This document shows positions 51,969-61,397 of a DNA stretch of 64,000 bases, one piece after another (positions within the stretch are counted from its first letter, which is position 1; each line of letters opens with the position of its first letter). The DNA lies in assembly GCA_016936975.1 (NCBI GenBank), contig JAFGWU010000036.1, forward strand, positions 14,838-78,837. Reading direction: 5' to 3'. The notes under the pieces were generated by a model. That model was given only the letters and a program-made list of their open reading frames with translations. It ran no database searches and was not told the DNA's origin. The stretch is from Bacteroidales bacterium. GTDB taxonomy: Bacteria > Bacteroidota > Bacteroidia > Bacteroidales > GCA-2748055. A program made the translations under genes and the position numbers.

Positions 51969-52253
51969 ATGACTAAAGCAGATATTGTAAACGAAATTTC
52001 CAAGAACACTGGAATTGAAAAGGTCACTGTTCAAAAAACAGTTGAGGCTTTCATGGAGACTGTTAAGGATTCCCTCAGCAAAGACAAGAATGTTTATCTC
52101 AGGGGATTTGGTAGTTTTATCGTCAAGAAAAGAGCGAAGAAAACCGCTCGTAACATTTCCAGGAACACCACAATTATTATCCCGGAACATTTCATTCCAG
52201 CTTTCAAACCTGCTAAGACTTTCGTAAGTAAAGTAAAGACAAACGTTAAGTAA
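51969..52253 (+). CDS. hup: HU family DNA-binding protein
   Basis: Start trimmed to MTKADIVNEISKNTGIEK. GFGSF..K.R..K.ARN and P.FKP motifs, 94 aa. Confidence 0.93.
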   Translation: MTKADIVNEISKNTGIEKVTVQKTVEAFMETVKDSLSKDKNVYLRGFGSFIVKKRAKKTARNISRNTTIIIPEHFIPAFKPAKTFVSKVKTNVK

Positions 52254-52265
52254 TCTTCATTAAAA

Positions 52266-52358
52266 ATGCCTAGCGGAAAAAAGAGAAAAAGACATAAGAT
52301 GTCAACCCATAAACGTAAAAAACGTTTGAGGAAGAACAGGCACAAGAAGAAGAAATAA
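52266..52358 (+). CDS. Hyperbasic 30-aa mini-protein, likely ribosomal protein bS22 (AURKAIP1/mS38-like); not in the ORF track
   Basis: Manual translation gives MPSGKKRKRHKMSTHKRKKRLRKNRHKKKK plus TAA. Starts 12 nt after the HU stop and is followed by a terminator. Confidence 0.7.
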   Translation: MPSGKKRKRHKMSTHKRKKRLRKNRHKKKK

Positions 52359-52384
52359 ACGGTATTTTCTTTTCTAAAAATATG

Positions 52385-52422
52385 AACCTAAAGAGCCAGA
52401 GAAGTTCTTTAGGTTTATTTCT
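52385..52422 (+). terminator. Rho-independent terminator after HU and the mini-ORF
   Basis: AACCTAAAGA (52385-52394) pairs with TCTTTAGGTT (52406-52415) around an 11-nt loop. A T-rich tail follows. Confidence 0.7.
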
Positions 52423-52457
52423 GTCAATAAATGTAGCTAACTCCTCTAATAGCAGAA

Positions 52458-54020
52458 ATGGTGAGTACTGATCTGGTTGTTAATTCCACCAAGGAGAGGG
52501 TTTCAATTGCAGTGCTTGAGGATGCGAAGCTTGTAGAACTTCACGAATCAACTTTACAACAGAAATTCTCCGTTGGAGATATATACCTGGCAAAGATTAA
52601 AAAAATCATGCCGGGATTGAATGCGGCCTTCATCAATGTCGGTTATGAAAAAGATGCCTTCCTTCATTACCTCGATCTTGGTCCACAGTTCAGTTCACTC
52701 TCAAGGTTCCTTAACCATGCGCTGGATAAACGGAGCAAATATATCCCCGTTCATAAGTTCAACCGGTTACCGGATATCAATAAAAACGGCAAGATAACCG
52801 AGGTTTTGAAAACCGGGCAGAATATCCTGGTCCAGATCGCCAAGGAACCCATCTCAACGAAGGGTCCGCGGCTGACTTCCGAGGTATCCATTGCCGGACG
52901 AAATCTTGTTTTGATACCATTTTCAGACAAGATCTCTGTATCATCCAAGATTGCATCCCAGGAGGAACGGGACCGGCTGAAAAACCTGATGACCAGTATC
53001 AGGCCGAAGAACTTTGGGATAATTGTCAGAACGGTTGCGGAAGGTAAAAAGGTTGCCCTGCTTGATACTGAGCTAAGATCCCTGATTAAGAAATGGGAAA
53101 AATCAGTTGAGAATCTGACAGTTCAAAAAGTACCGACGCTGGTTTTTGAAGAGATCAGCCGTATATCAGCTGTGGTACGAGACCATCTGAATGTGCAGTT
53201 TGAAAACATTTACACCGACGATCCGGCTGTTTATCATGAGATAAAGGAGTACATCGGTGAGATTGCCCCCGAGAAGGAGAAGATTGTAAAGCTGTATGAA
53301 GGCCGGGAACCCATATTTGATAAACTGGGAATTATCAAACAGATCAAGAAATCTTTTGGTAAAACGGTTTCCTTTAAGCATGGAGCGTACCTGATCATAG
53401 AACATACGGAAGCATTGCATGTTATTGATGTGAATAGCGGCAATCGCTCAAAATCAGCCGGTGACCAGGAGACAACCGCACTGGAAGTTAACCTTGCTGC
53501 GGTTGAGGAAATTGCACGCCAGCTGAGGCTCAGGGATATGGGTGGGATTATTGTTGTGGACTTCATAGATATGCAGAAAAATGATCATAAACAGAAGGTT
53601 TATGAGAAAATGAAGGAAGTCATGGCCAAGGATAAGACCAAACATAATATCCTTCCTCTCAGTAAGTTTGGCCTGATGCAGATAACCCGCCAGAGGGTCA
53701 GGCCCGAGATGCATATCGATACCTCGGAAAATTGTCCTACCTGCCGAGGTTCAGGAAAAGTTCAGCCGCCTATTCTGTTTCCGGAACTGGTTAAGGCTGA
53801 AATCTCAACGATTATCGAACAGCATAATCTGAAGAAATTGAATATCCACCTTCATCCCTTTGTTGCCCACTATCTTAAGAGGGGGTTGAATTCAACGGAG
53901 AAAAAATGGAGAAGGGAACTATCATGCAAAATCCGGATTGTTCCTGATGATTCCAATCATTTTCTTGAATACGCTGCCTTTAATGCAAACGGAGAAGAAC
54001 TTCACCGTAAATCCCAATAA
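52458..54020 (+). CDS. Rne/Rng family ribonuclease (RNase G/E)
   Basis: 520 aa with an S1 domain (GDIYLAKIKKIMPGLNAAFINVG), the catalytic region (HVIDVNSG, IVVDFIDM) and a CPTCRGSG zinc link. Confidence 0.92.
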   Translation: MVSTDLVVNSTKERVSIAVLEDAKLVELHESTLQQKFSVGDIYLAKIKKIMPGLNAAFINVGYEKDAFLHYLDLGPQFSSLSRFLNHALDKRSKYIPVHKFNRLPDINKNGKITEVLKTGQNILVQIAKEPISTKGPRLTSEVSIAGRNLVLIPFSDKISVSSKIASQEERDRLKNLMTSIRPKNFGIIVRTVAEGKKVALLDTELRSLIKKWEKSVENLTVQKVPTLVFEEISRISAVVRDHLNVQFENIYTDDPAVYHEIKEYIGEIAPEKEKIVKLYEGREPIFDKLGIIKQIKKSFGKTVSFKHGAYLIIEHTEALHVIDVNSGNRSKSAGDQETTALEVNLAAVEEIARQLRLRDMGGIIVVDFIDMQKNDHKQKVYEKMKEVMAKDKTKHNILPLSKFGLMQITRQRVRPEMHIDTSENCPTCRGSGKVQPPILFPELVKAEISTIIEQHNLKKLNIHLHPFVAHYLKRGLNSTEKKWRRELSCKIRIVPDDSNHFLEYAAFNANGEELHRKSQ

Positions 54021-54089
54021 ACAATTTGAACAGAATCTGGTTATTATTGCAAAATAATGCCGGTATTAATTTCAATATTGTAATCCATC

Positions 54090-56153
54090 ATGCTTAATAT
54101 CATGAAGAATATCCTCCTTTCTGTTACGCTTTTTTTTGCATTATCTTCCCTGGTTCCAGCACAGATAGCCGATCCTGTGGAGTGGTCATTTTCCTATGAA
54201 CAAACCGGAAATTCGGAGGTGACCCTGATTTTTAAAGCAAATATTGACAGGCCCTGGCATCTCTATTCAGCGTACCTGCCGGAAGGAGGCCCTATTCCCA
54301 CGAAAGTACATTTTGATGACCGCGGAGAGTTTACGTTATCGGGAGGTTTGCTGGAAGTTACCAAACCGAAAATAAAATATGATGAAGGGTTCCGGATGGA
54401 ACTGGGTACCATCGATAAATATGCCGAGTTAAGACAAAAAGTCCTGGTTCCCTCTGCCGGTAGCATTACCGTTACCGGTGAGATAGAATACCAGGTGTGT
54501 GATGATCTGACCTGCCTGCCTCCCAAACTGGAGGCGTTTTCTATTCCTGTTACCCTTGAAGGGACCCGGCTGTCTTCAGAGGATAAATCAGAATCTGATG
54601 ACCGGCAGGTTATAGGACAGGTTGTTTCACCGGATAAGGATACACACATTGAACAGTCCGATTCTGAGGCAAATCCTGCCGATATATCTTTCCAGGCGGG
54701 GAATGAAGATGAAAAGTCACTCTGGCGGTTTTTCTGGATTGCCTTCGGATTAGGGCTACTGGCATTACTGACTCCGTGTGTTTTCCCTATGATTCCCATG
54801 ACAGTCAGTTTTTTCATGCAGGGAAGCGGGAACAGAGCCAGGGGCATCGTCAGGGGGCTGGTTTTCGGATTATCCATTGTAGGCATCTATACCCTGCTGG
54901 GGATTATTGTGAGCCTGACCAATCTTGGGCCCAATGCCGCAAATGCCCTGAGCACGCATTGGATTCCAAACCTTATATTCTTCCTCTTGTTCGTTTTGTT
55001 TGCCTTCTCATTTTTTGGAATGTTTGAACTGATTCTGCCTTCCGGATGGATCAATAAAGCCGATAAACATGCTGAAGGCGCCGGATTAGGAGGCCCTTTT
55101 TTTATGGCCCTTACCACGGTTCTGGTCTCCTTCTCCTGCACGGGTCCGATCGTGGGAGCCCTGCTGGTTGAGGCGGCCGGGGGACTTGCACTTAAACCCA
55201 TTCTCGGAATGTTTGGATTTGCACTTGCTTTCGCCATTCCCTTCACATTGTTTGCGATGTTCCCCTCATGGCTCAAAGGATTACCGAAATCAGGCGGATG
55301 GCTGAATTCGGTGAAGGTCGTTCTGGGATTCATCATCCTTGCTTTCGCTATGAAATTTCTGCTTCCCCTCGATCCGGGTAACAGGGTGCTCACCCGGGAA
55401 CTCTTCCTTTCCGTATGGATTGTCCTGTTTTTCTTCCTTGGACTCTATTTTCTCGGAAAGCTCAAATTTGCACATGACAGCGATGTTCCTTATGTAACTG
55501 TGCCCCGGCTTCTGCTGTCGGTGACATCTTTTGCGTTTGTCGTCCTCCTGTTCACCGGGTTATTTGGGGCTGAACTGAAAACCATATCTCCGCTGCTTCC
55601 ATCCAAATCCCCTGATGGCATTGACCTCACCAGGAACGTTTCTATGGCTGTGCCATCGGCGGATGCCGTTCCGGAGGAAGCGTGTATTCCTGGCAAATAC
55701 ACCGACCTGTTTCAAAATACACTGGGCATCAATATGTTCTACGATCTGGATGAGGCGCTGGCCTGTGCCCGGGAAACCGGCAAGCCGGTCTTGATCGATT
55801 TCAAAGGGCATTTCTGCAGTAACTGCAAAAAGATGGAAGCCTCTGTATGGTCTGACCCTGCAGTGCTTGGTAAGCTGAAGAATGATTTTGTGGTGGTGGC
55901 ACTTTATACGGATGACCGGACCAGGTTGCCTGAAAGTGAGTGGTATGCTTCGGAGGTGGACGGAAAGTTAAAAAAGACGGTGGGTCAGCAGAATGTGGAT
56001 TATGAAATAAAGCATTTCCGGACCAATACGATCCCCCTGTATGTCATTATGAACCCTGAAGGGGAGGTGGTGAATCAGCCCAGAGGAACGGACCTGGATG
56101 TTCAAAGTTATCTGGCATGGCTGGAAGAGGGGGTCCGTAACGCAACAAATTAG
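54090..56153 (+). CDS. DsbD-like thiol:disulfide interchange protein (N-terminal domain, CcdA-type membrane core, thioredoxin-like C-terminus)
   Basis: 687 aa. YQVCDDLTCLPP, membrane Cys motifs CVFPMIP and SCTGP, and C-terminal CSNC within a thioredoxin-like fold. Confidence 0.88.
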   Translation: MLNIMKNILLSVTLFFALSSLVPAQIADPVEWSFSYEQTGNSEVTLIFKANIDRPWHLYSAYLPEGGPIPTKVHFDDRGEFTLSGGLLEVTKPKIKYDEGFRMELGTIDKYAELRQKVLVPSAGSITVTGEIEYQVCDDLTCLPPKLEAFSIPVTLEGTRLSSEDKSESDDRQVIGQVVSPDKDTHIEQSDSEANPADISFQAGNEDEKSLWRFFWIAFGLGLLALLTPCVFPMIPMTVSFFMQGSGNRARGIVRGLVFGLSIVGIYTLLGIIVSLTNLGPNAANALSTHWIPNLIFFLLFVLFAFSFFGMFELILPSGWINKADKHAEGAGLGGPFFMALTTVLVSFSCTGPIVGALLVEAAGGLALKPILGMFGFALAFAIPFTLFAMFPSWLKGLPKSGGWLNSVKVVLGFIILAFAMKFLLPLDPGNRVLTRELFLSVWIVLFFFLGLYFLGKLKFAHDSDVPYVTVPRLLLSVTSFAFVVLLFTGLFGAELKTISPLLPSKSPDGIDLTRNVSMAVPSADAVPEEACIPGKYTDLFQNTLGINMFYDLDEALACARETGKPVLIDFKGHFCSNCKKMEASVWSDPAVLGKLKNDFVVVALYTDDRTRLPESEWYASEVDGKLKKTVGQQNVDYEIKHFRTNTIPLYVIMNPEGEVVNQPRGTDLDVQSYLAWLEEGVRNATN

Positions 56154-56206
56154 GGTTCCATTCCCGGTTTGCCCGCCCGCAATGTTTAATTGATCACAGG
56201 GCCTGT

Positions 56207-56722
56207 TTACCGGGTTTTGATCCAAACATTGCAGATCCTGCCCATATAAAAACGGTGAAAATCGTCGAAGGGGTAATTCTTTTCAGCAATGTCGGGAACA
56301 AGAAAATTTTCTTTTTTAAGGTTATCCACATAAATTTTTTCGCATTCCAGGACAAGGCTTGCTTCCTTAAAAATCACATTCCCTCTGTCTGTTTCCAGGG
56401 GATGTAAGCCGGTTTCCTTTATCTTGTCATGTGTTCTGCCTGATTTGGTGCCGCAGAATTCCAGAATCTCACGATACTTATTTTCAAAAAAACAGAGCGT
56501 ATAATCGCGGTTTTCATTGGCAAAACGGTAGGTATATCTTTGTGGTCTGATGTAGGCTATGGCAATGGGAAGGTTCCAAAGGATTCCCAGATGTCCCCAG
56601 CTGGCAGTCATTGTATTGCATTGATCCGGGCTCCCGGCGGTAACCAGCATCCAGTCCCTGTCCAGAAGTTTAAAAACATTATCCGTAATGTCAAAAGGGG
56701 TTATTGATTTAAAACCATTCAT
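56207..56722 (-). CDS. Flavin reductase-like domain protein
   Basis: 171 aa. The family resemblance (D.MLVTAG....NTMTASWG) is from recall only. Confidence 0.6.
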   Translation of the reverse strand: MNGFKSITPFDITDNVFKLLDRDWMLVTAGSPDQCNTMTASWGHLGILWNLPIAIAYIRPQRYTYRFANENRDYTLCFFENKYREILEFCGTKSGRTHDKIKETGLHPLETDRGNVIFKEASLVLECEKIYVDNLKKENFLVPDIAEKNYPFDDFHRFYMGRICNVWIKTR

Positions 56723-56737
56723 GCTATATAAGATTCA

Positions 56738-58354
56738 TTATCGTTTCAGGAATCTCCTGACCGTGGTGTACAGCAAAAGAAGAATACCGAGAAAAACACT
56801 CAGTCTGCCCAGGTAATCCCCGTACTTTACATAAAACGTAATATGGTCATTGGCATTGAGATTATTACGCATGCCTGAGCGGGTCCACCATCCGATTCGT
56901 TCGATCTCTTCCCCTTTCTGGTTGATCATGGAACTGATGCCAGTGTTGGCAGAACGGGCAATGCTCCTTCGTGTCTCTATGGCCCTGAGATGTGCATAGC
57001 TGTTATGCTGCCGGTGGCCGGGCGTATTGCCCCACCATCCGTCATTGGTGATTACAAACAGGAAATTTGCACCGGCCTCCTTCACATAATCGGTCACGTA
57101 TTCACCAAATACCGATTCCCAGCATATAACCGGACCCACGCGTGTTCCATCCTGGGGACTGATAAACGCATCCCTGGCAGCCTGTGTTCCGTTGCTTCTG
57201 AATACACCGCCCAGCCTGACGGTAACATTTTCAAGGAATTTCAATGTATTTGTGAAGGGCATGAACTCGACCCCGACTACCAGTTTCGATTTATGATAAA
57301 AAGGGATATGACCGGTGGAATCCATCTGAAAGGCACTGTTAAAGCTGTCGTACTCAAACTCCCCGTTTCTGATTGGCCGGCTGGTTTTCGTATATTCCGA
57401 CGGATGATCGTAAAGCTTATACGTTGTGGCACCCAGCACGAATTTGGCTTTCGGATAGCTCTTCAGAAATTCCCTGATAGCCATGATATCGGGACTCATA
57501 TGAACCTGATGCTCCCAGATGTTGTTGTTGATGGCAGTTTCCGGCCCGACAATATAGTCGGTTCCGGGTGTGGTGAGCGAATCTGCCAGGCGGAGCAGGA
57601 TCCGGGTTTGTTCTTCCTGGGGCATATCGGCAAACTTCATGTAAGGATCGATGTTTGGCTGAAGAACCACAATTTCGTATGGGTTCTCCTCTTCCTCATA
57701 GGTGTAAAACCTGACTAATGAAATGATGGTCGGCAGCAGGATCACCCCGAGGGTCCAGCTCAAAAGGTTACGCTGATGTTTAATCCCTTTGCGATGAAGC
57801 AATCCCAGCAGAAGCCGAAACAGCAGGATGTTAATGACCAGAACCCATGCGGTGCCGCCCAGGGTTCCTGTAACCTCATACCATTGAATCAGGCCAATGT
57901 CATTGGCAAAACCGTTGCCAAGCAGTAACCACGGGAAGTTGATCTTTCCGTTCAGATACAGGAATTCGAATGCCACCCAGTAAATCACCAGTGATGCATA
58001 TCCCAGCCGGCTGCCGAGCCGCCGTTTTGTTATATGAAAAAGCCAGAAGACAAATGTCATGAGAGTCGTGTTCACAATTACGGCTCCGATAATGCCTATC
58101 CAGGCGGCGTAGCGCACCCAGTAGGAAGTGAGAATATTGAAGAGGGCAAAAGCAAGGACTGCATACCAGATAACTGACACTCGTTTGGACCGCTGTTGCT
58201 GTTTCTTTTCAGAAATATCATGCTCAATTAAAAGCAGAGGCACCAGGGCAACCATCAGTATCACCCCTGAACACCAGTGATAGAAAGCCAGGGAAAGCAA
58301 TGAGCCAGAGATAACCGCGAGAGGAACTCTGTTTAAGGACCTTGTGTTTTTCAT
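56738..58354 (-). CDS. lnt: Apolipoprotein N-acyltransferase
   Basis: Start trimmed to MKNTRSLNRVPLAV. Polytopic N-terminus plus a CN-hydrolase domain (VICWESVF, NDGWWG). Confidence 0.9.
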   Translation of the reverse strand: MKNTRSLNRVPLAVISGSLLSLAFYHWCSGVILMVALVPLLLIEHDISEKKQQQRSKRVSVIWYAVLAFALFNILTSYWVRYAAWIGIIGAVIVNTTLMTFVFWLFHITKRRLGSRLGYASLVIYWVAFEFLYLNGKINFPWLLLGNGFANDIGLIQWYEVTGTLGGTAWVLVINILLFRLLLGLLHRKGIKHQRNLLSWTLGVILLPTIISLVRFYTYEEEENPYEIVVLQPNIDPYMKFADMPQEEQTRILLRLADSLTTPGTDYIVGPETAINNNIWEHQVHMSPDIMAIREFLKSYPKAKFVLGATTYKLYDHPSEYTKTSRPIRNGEFEYDSFNSAFQMDSTGHIPFYHKSKLVVGVEFMPFTNTLKFLENVTVRLGGVFRSNGTQAARDAFISPQDGTRVGPVICWESVFGEYVTDYVKEAGANFLFVITNDGWWGNTPGHRQHNSYAHLRAIETRRSIARSANTGISSMINQKGEEIERIGWWTRSGMRNNLNANDHITFYVKYGDYLGRLSVFLGILLLLYTTVRRFLKR

Positions 58355-58461
58355 GGTGATGCAAATATAATTTAATTCATTGACACTCGGAGATAACAGA
58401 TGAAGCAAAGTATACGGGGATTCCTTTTATTCCGGCAAAGACAGGAGAAGGATTTTTAAGC

Positions 58462-58469
58462 TATATTTG
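58462..58469 (+). promoter_or_regulatory. Candidate -7 box (TAtaTTTG) for the OlsF-like gene
   Basis: Exact TAnnTTTG match, ending 20 nt before the ATG at 58490. Confidence 0.4.
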
Positions 58470-58489
58470 TTATTTCATAATAGGGGCGA

Positions 58490-60283
58490 ATGAAATTAAT
58501 TGAAACGGATGAGATGATCAAGGCCGCCAGGCTCGACCGGTTTGGAGGCGCCAGTGCGGCAAGAGTTCTGATGATGCTTTTAAGGATCAACAAAATCAAT
58601 AAGCTTTATGAGGAGATCAGTGATCAGCAGGGTACCGGCTTCATTGATGAACTGATCCGGAGGTTGAAGCTGGATTTTGAGGTCAGGGAGGAGGAGCTGA
58701 AAAGAATTCCCCGGGAAGGTCCTTTCATAACCGTTTCCAACCACCCATTCGGAGGCATTGACGGACTGCTCCTGGTAAAGATTGTAACCATGGTCAGGCC
58801 CGACATAAAAGTGCTGGCCAATTTTCTTCTGCAACGCATCAAACCGGTGTCGGATTATATTCTGCCGGTTAATCCTTTTGAAGATCGTAAAGATGCTGCG
58901 TCCAGTATTGCCGGAGTGAAATTGTCCCTTCAGCATTTAAATCAGGGGAATGTACTGGGCATTTTCCCGGCCGGGGAGGTCTCAAGTTATAATGAGGATA
59001 GTTACGGTATCAGCGACCGTGAATGGCAGTACCCGGCAATTAAAATGATAAAGAAAGCAAGGGTACCGGTTGTTCCAATCTATTTCCAGGGCTCCAACTC
59101 CAGGATGTTCCACCTCCTAGGATTAATCCATCCTTCCCTGCGGACAGCCAAGCTTCCGTCGGAAATATTCAACAAAAAGCACAAAAAAATCAGGATCCGT
59201 ATCGGGAATCCCATCAGCGTAAAAGATCAGGATGCCATTGTGGATGTCAGCCGTTATGGACGATATCTGCGGGCCAAAACCTATGCGCTCGGATCGGCCA
59301 TCGAAGTTAAGAAGTTCTTCAATCCCCGGCTTAATCGCACCTCAAGGATTGAACCCATCATTGAACCGGTGGAGAAGCAGTTAATCCTTAAAGAAATAGA
59401 AACGGTCAGGGAAGAGCACCGGCTCTTCTCCAGCAGTAATTACGAGGTCTTCTGCACACCCAGTGTGGAAATTCCCCACATCATGAATGAACTGGGCCGC
59501 CTCAGGGAAATCACCTTCAGAGCCGTCGGGGAGGGGACCAATAAATCGATGGATATCGATGAATATGATCTCTATTATCATCAGCTGTTCGTATGGGACA
59601 GCGATGAACAGAAGATTGTCGGAGCATACAGGGTTGGGAAAGGCAGGGAGATTATAGAGATGTACGGAGTGAAAGGATTCTATATTCAGAGTCTCTTCAG
59701 GTTAAGCCACCGGTTTGTGCCGATCCTGAAACAGTCCCTGGAACTGGGAAGATCATTCATTGTCGAGGAGTACCAGCGGAAACCGATGCCGCTCTTTCTG
59801 CTGTGGAAAGGAATTCTCTATTTCCTTCTCAAGCATGCTGAATATCGTTACCTGGTGGGACCCGTAAGCATCAGCAACCAGTTTTCCCAATTCTCCAAGG
59901 GATTAATCATAAGCTATATACGAAAGCACTATTTCAATAAGGAGCTCTCTAAATATGTGAGGCCCAGAACCAGGTATAATGTTCCGGGCTTTAATGTCGA
60001 TGAAGATATCATCCTGGAAAACACCGATGAGATCAATAAATTTGACCGCTTTATTAAGGATATTGAACCATCCGACTTTACGATGCCTATCCTGTTGAAG
60101 CGCTACCTGAAGATCAATGGAAAAATCATTGGATTCAACATGGATCCGAAGTTTAACAATGCACTGGACGGATTGCTTATACTGGACCTGTTCGATGTAC
60201 CGATTGAAACCATTTCCTCACTCTCCAGGGAGATTGAGGACAGTTCCATCCTGGAGCGGTTTGAGCCCGGAAAGATGTTTTAA
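58490..60283 (+). CDS. Fused lysolipid O-acyltransferase (PlsC-like) and GNAT-type N-acyltransferase, OlsF-like
   Basis: 597 aa. The N-terminal half has NHPFGGIDG and FPAGEVS acyltransferase blocks. The C-terminal half is GNAT/OlsB-like (YRVGKG, LELGRSFI, YLVGPVSIS). Confidence 0.75.
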   Translation: MKLIETDEMIKAARLDRFGGASAARVLMMLLRINKINKLYEEISDQQGTGFIDELIRRLKLDFEVREEELKRIPREGPFITVSNHPFGGIDGLLLVKIVTMVRPDIKVLANFLLQRIKPVSDYILPVNPFEDRKDAASSIAGVKLSLQHLNQGNVLGIFPAGEVSSYNEDSYGISDREWQYPAIKMIKKARVPVVPIYFQGSNSRMFHLLGLIHPSLRTAKLPSEIFNKKHKKIRIRIGNPISVKDQDAIVDVSRYGRYLRAKTYALGSAIEVKKFFNPRLNRTSRIEPIIEPVEKQLILKEIETVREEHRLFSSSNYEVFCTPSVEIPHIMNELGRLREITFRAVGEGTNKSMDIDEYDLYYHQLFVWDSDEQKIVGAYRVGKGREIIEMYGVKGFYIQSLFRLSHRFVPILKQSLELGRSFIVEEYQRKPMPLFLLWKGILYFLLKHAEYRYLVGPVSISNQFSQFSKGLIISYIRKHYFNKELSKYVRPRTRYNVPGFNVDEDIILENTDEINKFDRFIKDIEPSDFTMPILLKRYLKINGKIIGFNMDPKFNNALDGLLILDLFDVPIETISSLSREIEDSSILERFEPGKMF

Positions 60284-60305
60284 CTGGTAATTTTTTGCTT
60301 GGAAA

Positions 60306-60530
60306 GTGAAAAATACTTCAGTGTTTATATGGATTATTCTGCTTATTCCAGGCTGTGGCAATCAGACAGGCAGGCAGTTCTCAGGATGCAACGACATCAG
60401 TGAGATTCAAAATATAATCCTTGATCTTTTCAGAAGAGGATACAGCAGAAGGGAAATTGCCGGGATCTGGGGAGGCAATATCACCCGATGGCTTATTTGC
60501 TGTACCTTCTGGAGACCTCTTCCCAGTTGA
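60306..60530 (+). pseudogene. Possible remnant of an M19 membrane dipeptidase gene (signal peptide fused to the extreme C-terminus)
   Basis: A GTG-initiated 74-codon ORF. It has a lipoprotein-like signal (IWIILLIPGC), then [34 protein letters not shown], which resembles the conserved M19 C-terminal segment. The whole catalytic barrel is missing, and the ORF overlaps the sod 3' end. Confidence 0.35.
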
Positions 60531-61095
60531 TCACGTTCCAGAAAGCATCGATATATTCCGGTCTCCTGTTCTGATACTTCAGGTAGTAGGCATGCTCCCA
60601 TACATCAAGTCCCAGTATGGGGAAACCCTTTACCTCGGAGAGATCCATAAGCGGGTTGTCCTGATTGGGAGTGGAGGTAACCACAAGCCCCCCGTCGGAT
60701 TTCTTTAACAGCCAGGCCCAACCCGAACCGAAACGGGTAGCTGCGGCTTTGCTGAACTCTGATTTGAAATCTTCAAAGGAACCGAAGGTACTTTTTATGG
60801 CCGCGGCCAGTTCACCGGCCGGTACCCCGCTACCGTTGGGTCCCATGATTTCCCAGAAAAGGTTGTGGTTATAGTAACCCCCGCCATTGTTTCTGACAGC
60901 CGCAGAATGTTTTGAAACGGAAGCCAGTATCTCTTCAATGCTCTTTCCTTCCAGGGGAGTTCCTTCAATAGCATTGTTCAGATTATTGGTGTAGCCTCCA
61001 TGATGTTTGGTATGATGAATCTCCATGGTCCTGGCATCAATGTAAGGTTCCAATGCATTGTAATCGTAATTGAGTTCTGGTAATTTGAATGACAT
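60493..61095 (-). CDS. Fe/Mn superoxide dismutase
   Basis: [40 protein letters not shown], 200 aa. Confidence 0.96.
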   Translation of the reverse strand: MSFKLPELNYDYNALEPYIDARTMEIHHTKHHGGYTNNLNNAIEGTPLEGKSIEEILASVSKHSAAVRNNGGGYYNHNLFWEIMGPNGSGVPAGELAAAIKSTFGSFEDFKSEFSKAAATRFGSGWAWLLKKSDGGLVVTSTPNQDNPLMDLSEVKGFPILGLDVWEHAYYLKYQNRRPEYIDAFWNVINWEEVSRRYSK

Positions 61096-61299
61096 CTTTC
61101 TTGAGTTTTTGAGTTATTCAGATTGTTTACAGATAACATTCAACGGGCGAAATTGTTCAAAACAGTCAGTCCGTCTTCGTCCGCAGCCCGGATACATGAG
61201 GCAGGAAACATGATCTTTAACCTGTTTTTTCTGCATGGAATTGAGTAAGATTGTCGGCCGTTCATGTTATATAATATATAGCCTAAGTTTCCTGAAGCG

Positions 61300-61307
61300 T
61301 ATATTTG
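61300..61307 (+). promoter_or_regulatory. Candidate -7 box (TAtaTTTG) for the P5C dehydrogenase gene
   Basis: Exact TAnnTTTG match, 90 nt before the ATG at 61398. Confidence 0.3.
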
Positions 61308-61397
61308 TTGCGTAACAAAATTTTTCGGGCCCGGTGAACCGGGGATCAGAATACCATTTGGAAGAGAATATATTAACATACCAAAAAACAACAATTC

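Noticed and set aside
54263-55393. 207-aa and 168-aa minus-strand ORFs inside the DsbD-like gene
   Set aside because: They are antisense to a gene with clear DsbD N-terminal, CcdA-core and thioredoxin motifs. There is no independent support.
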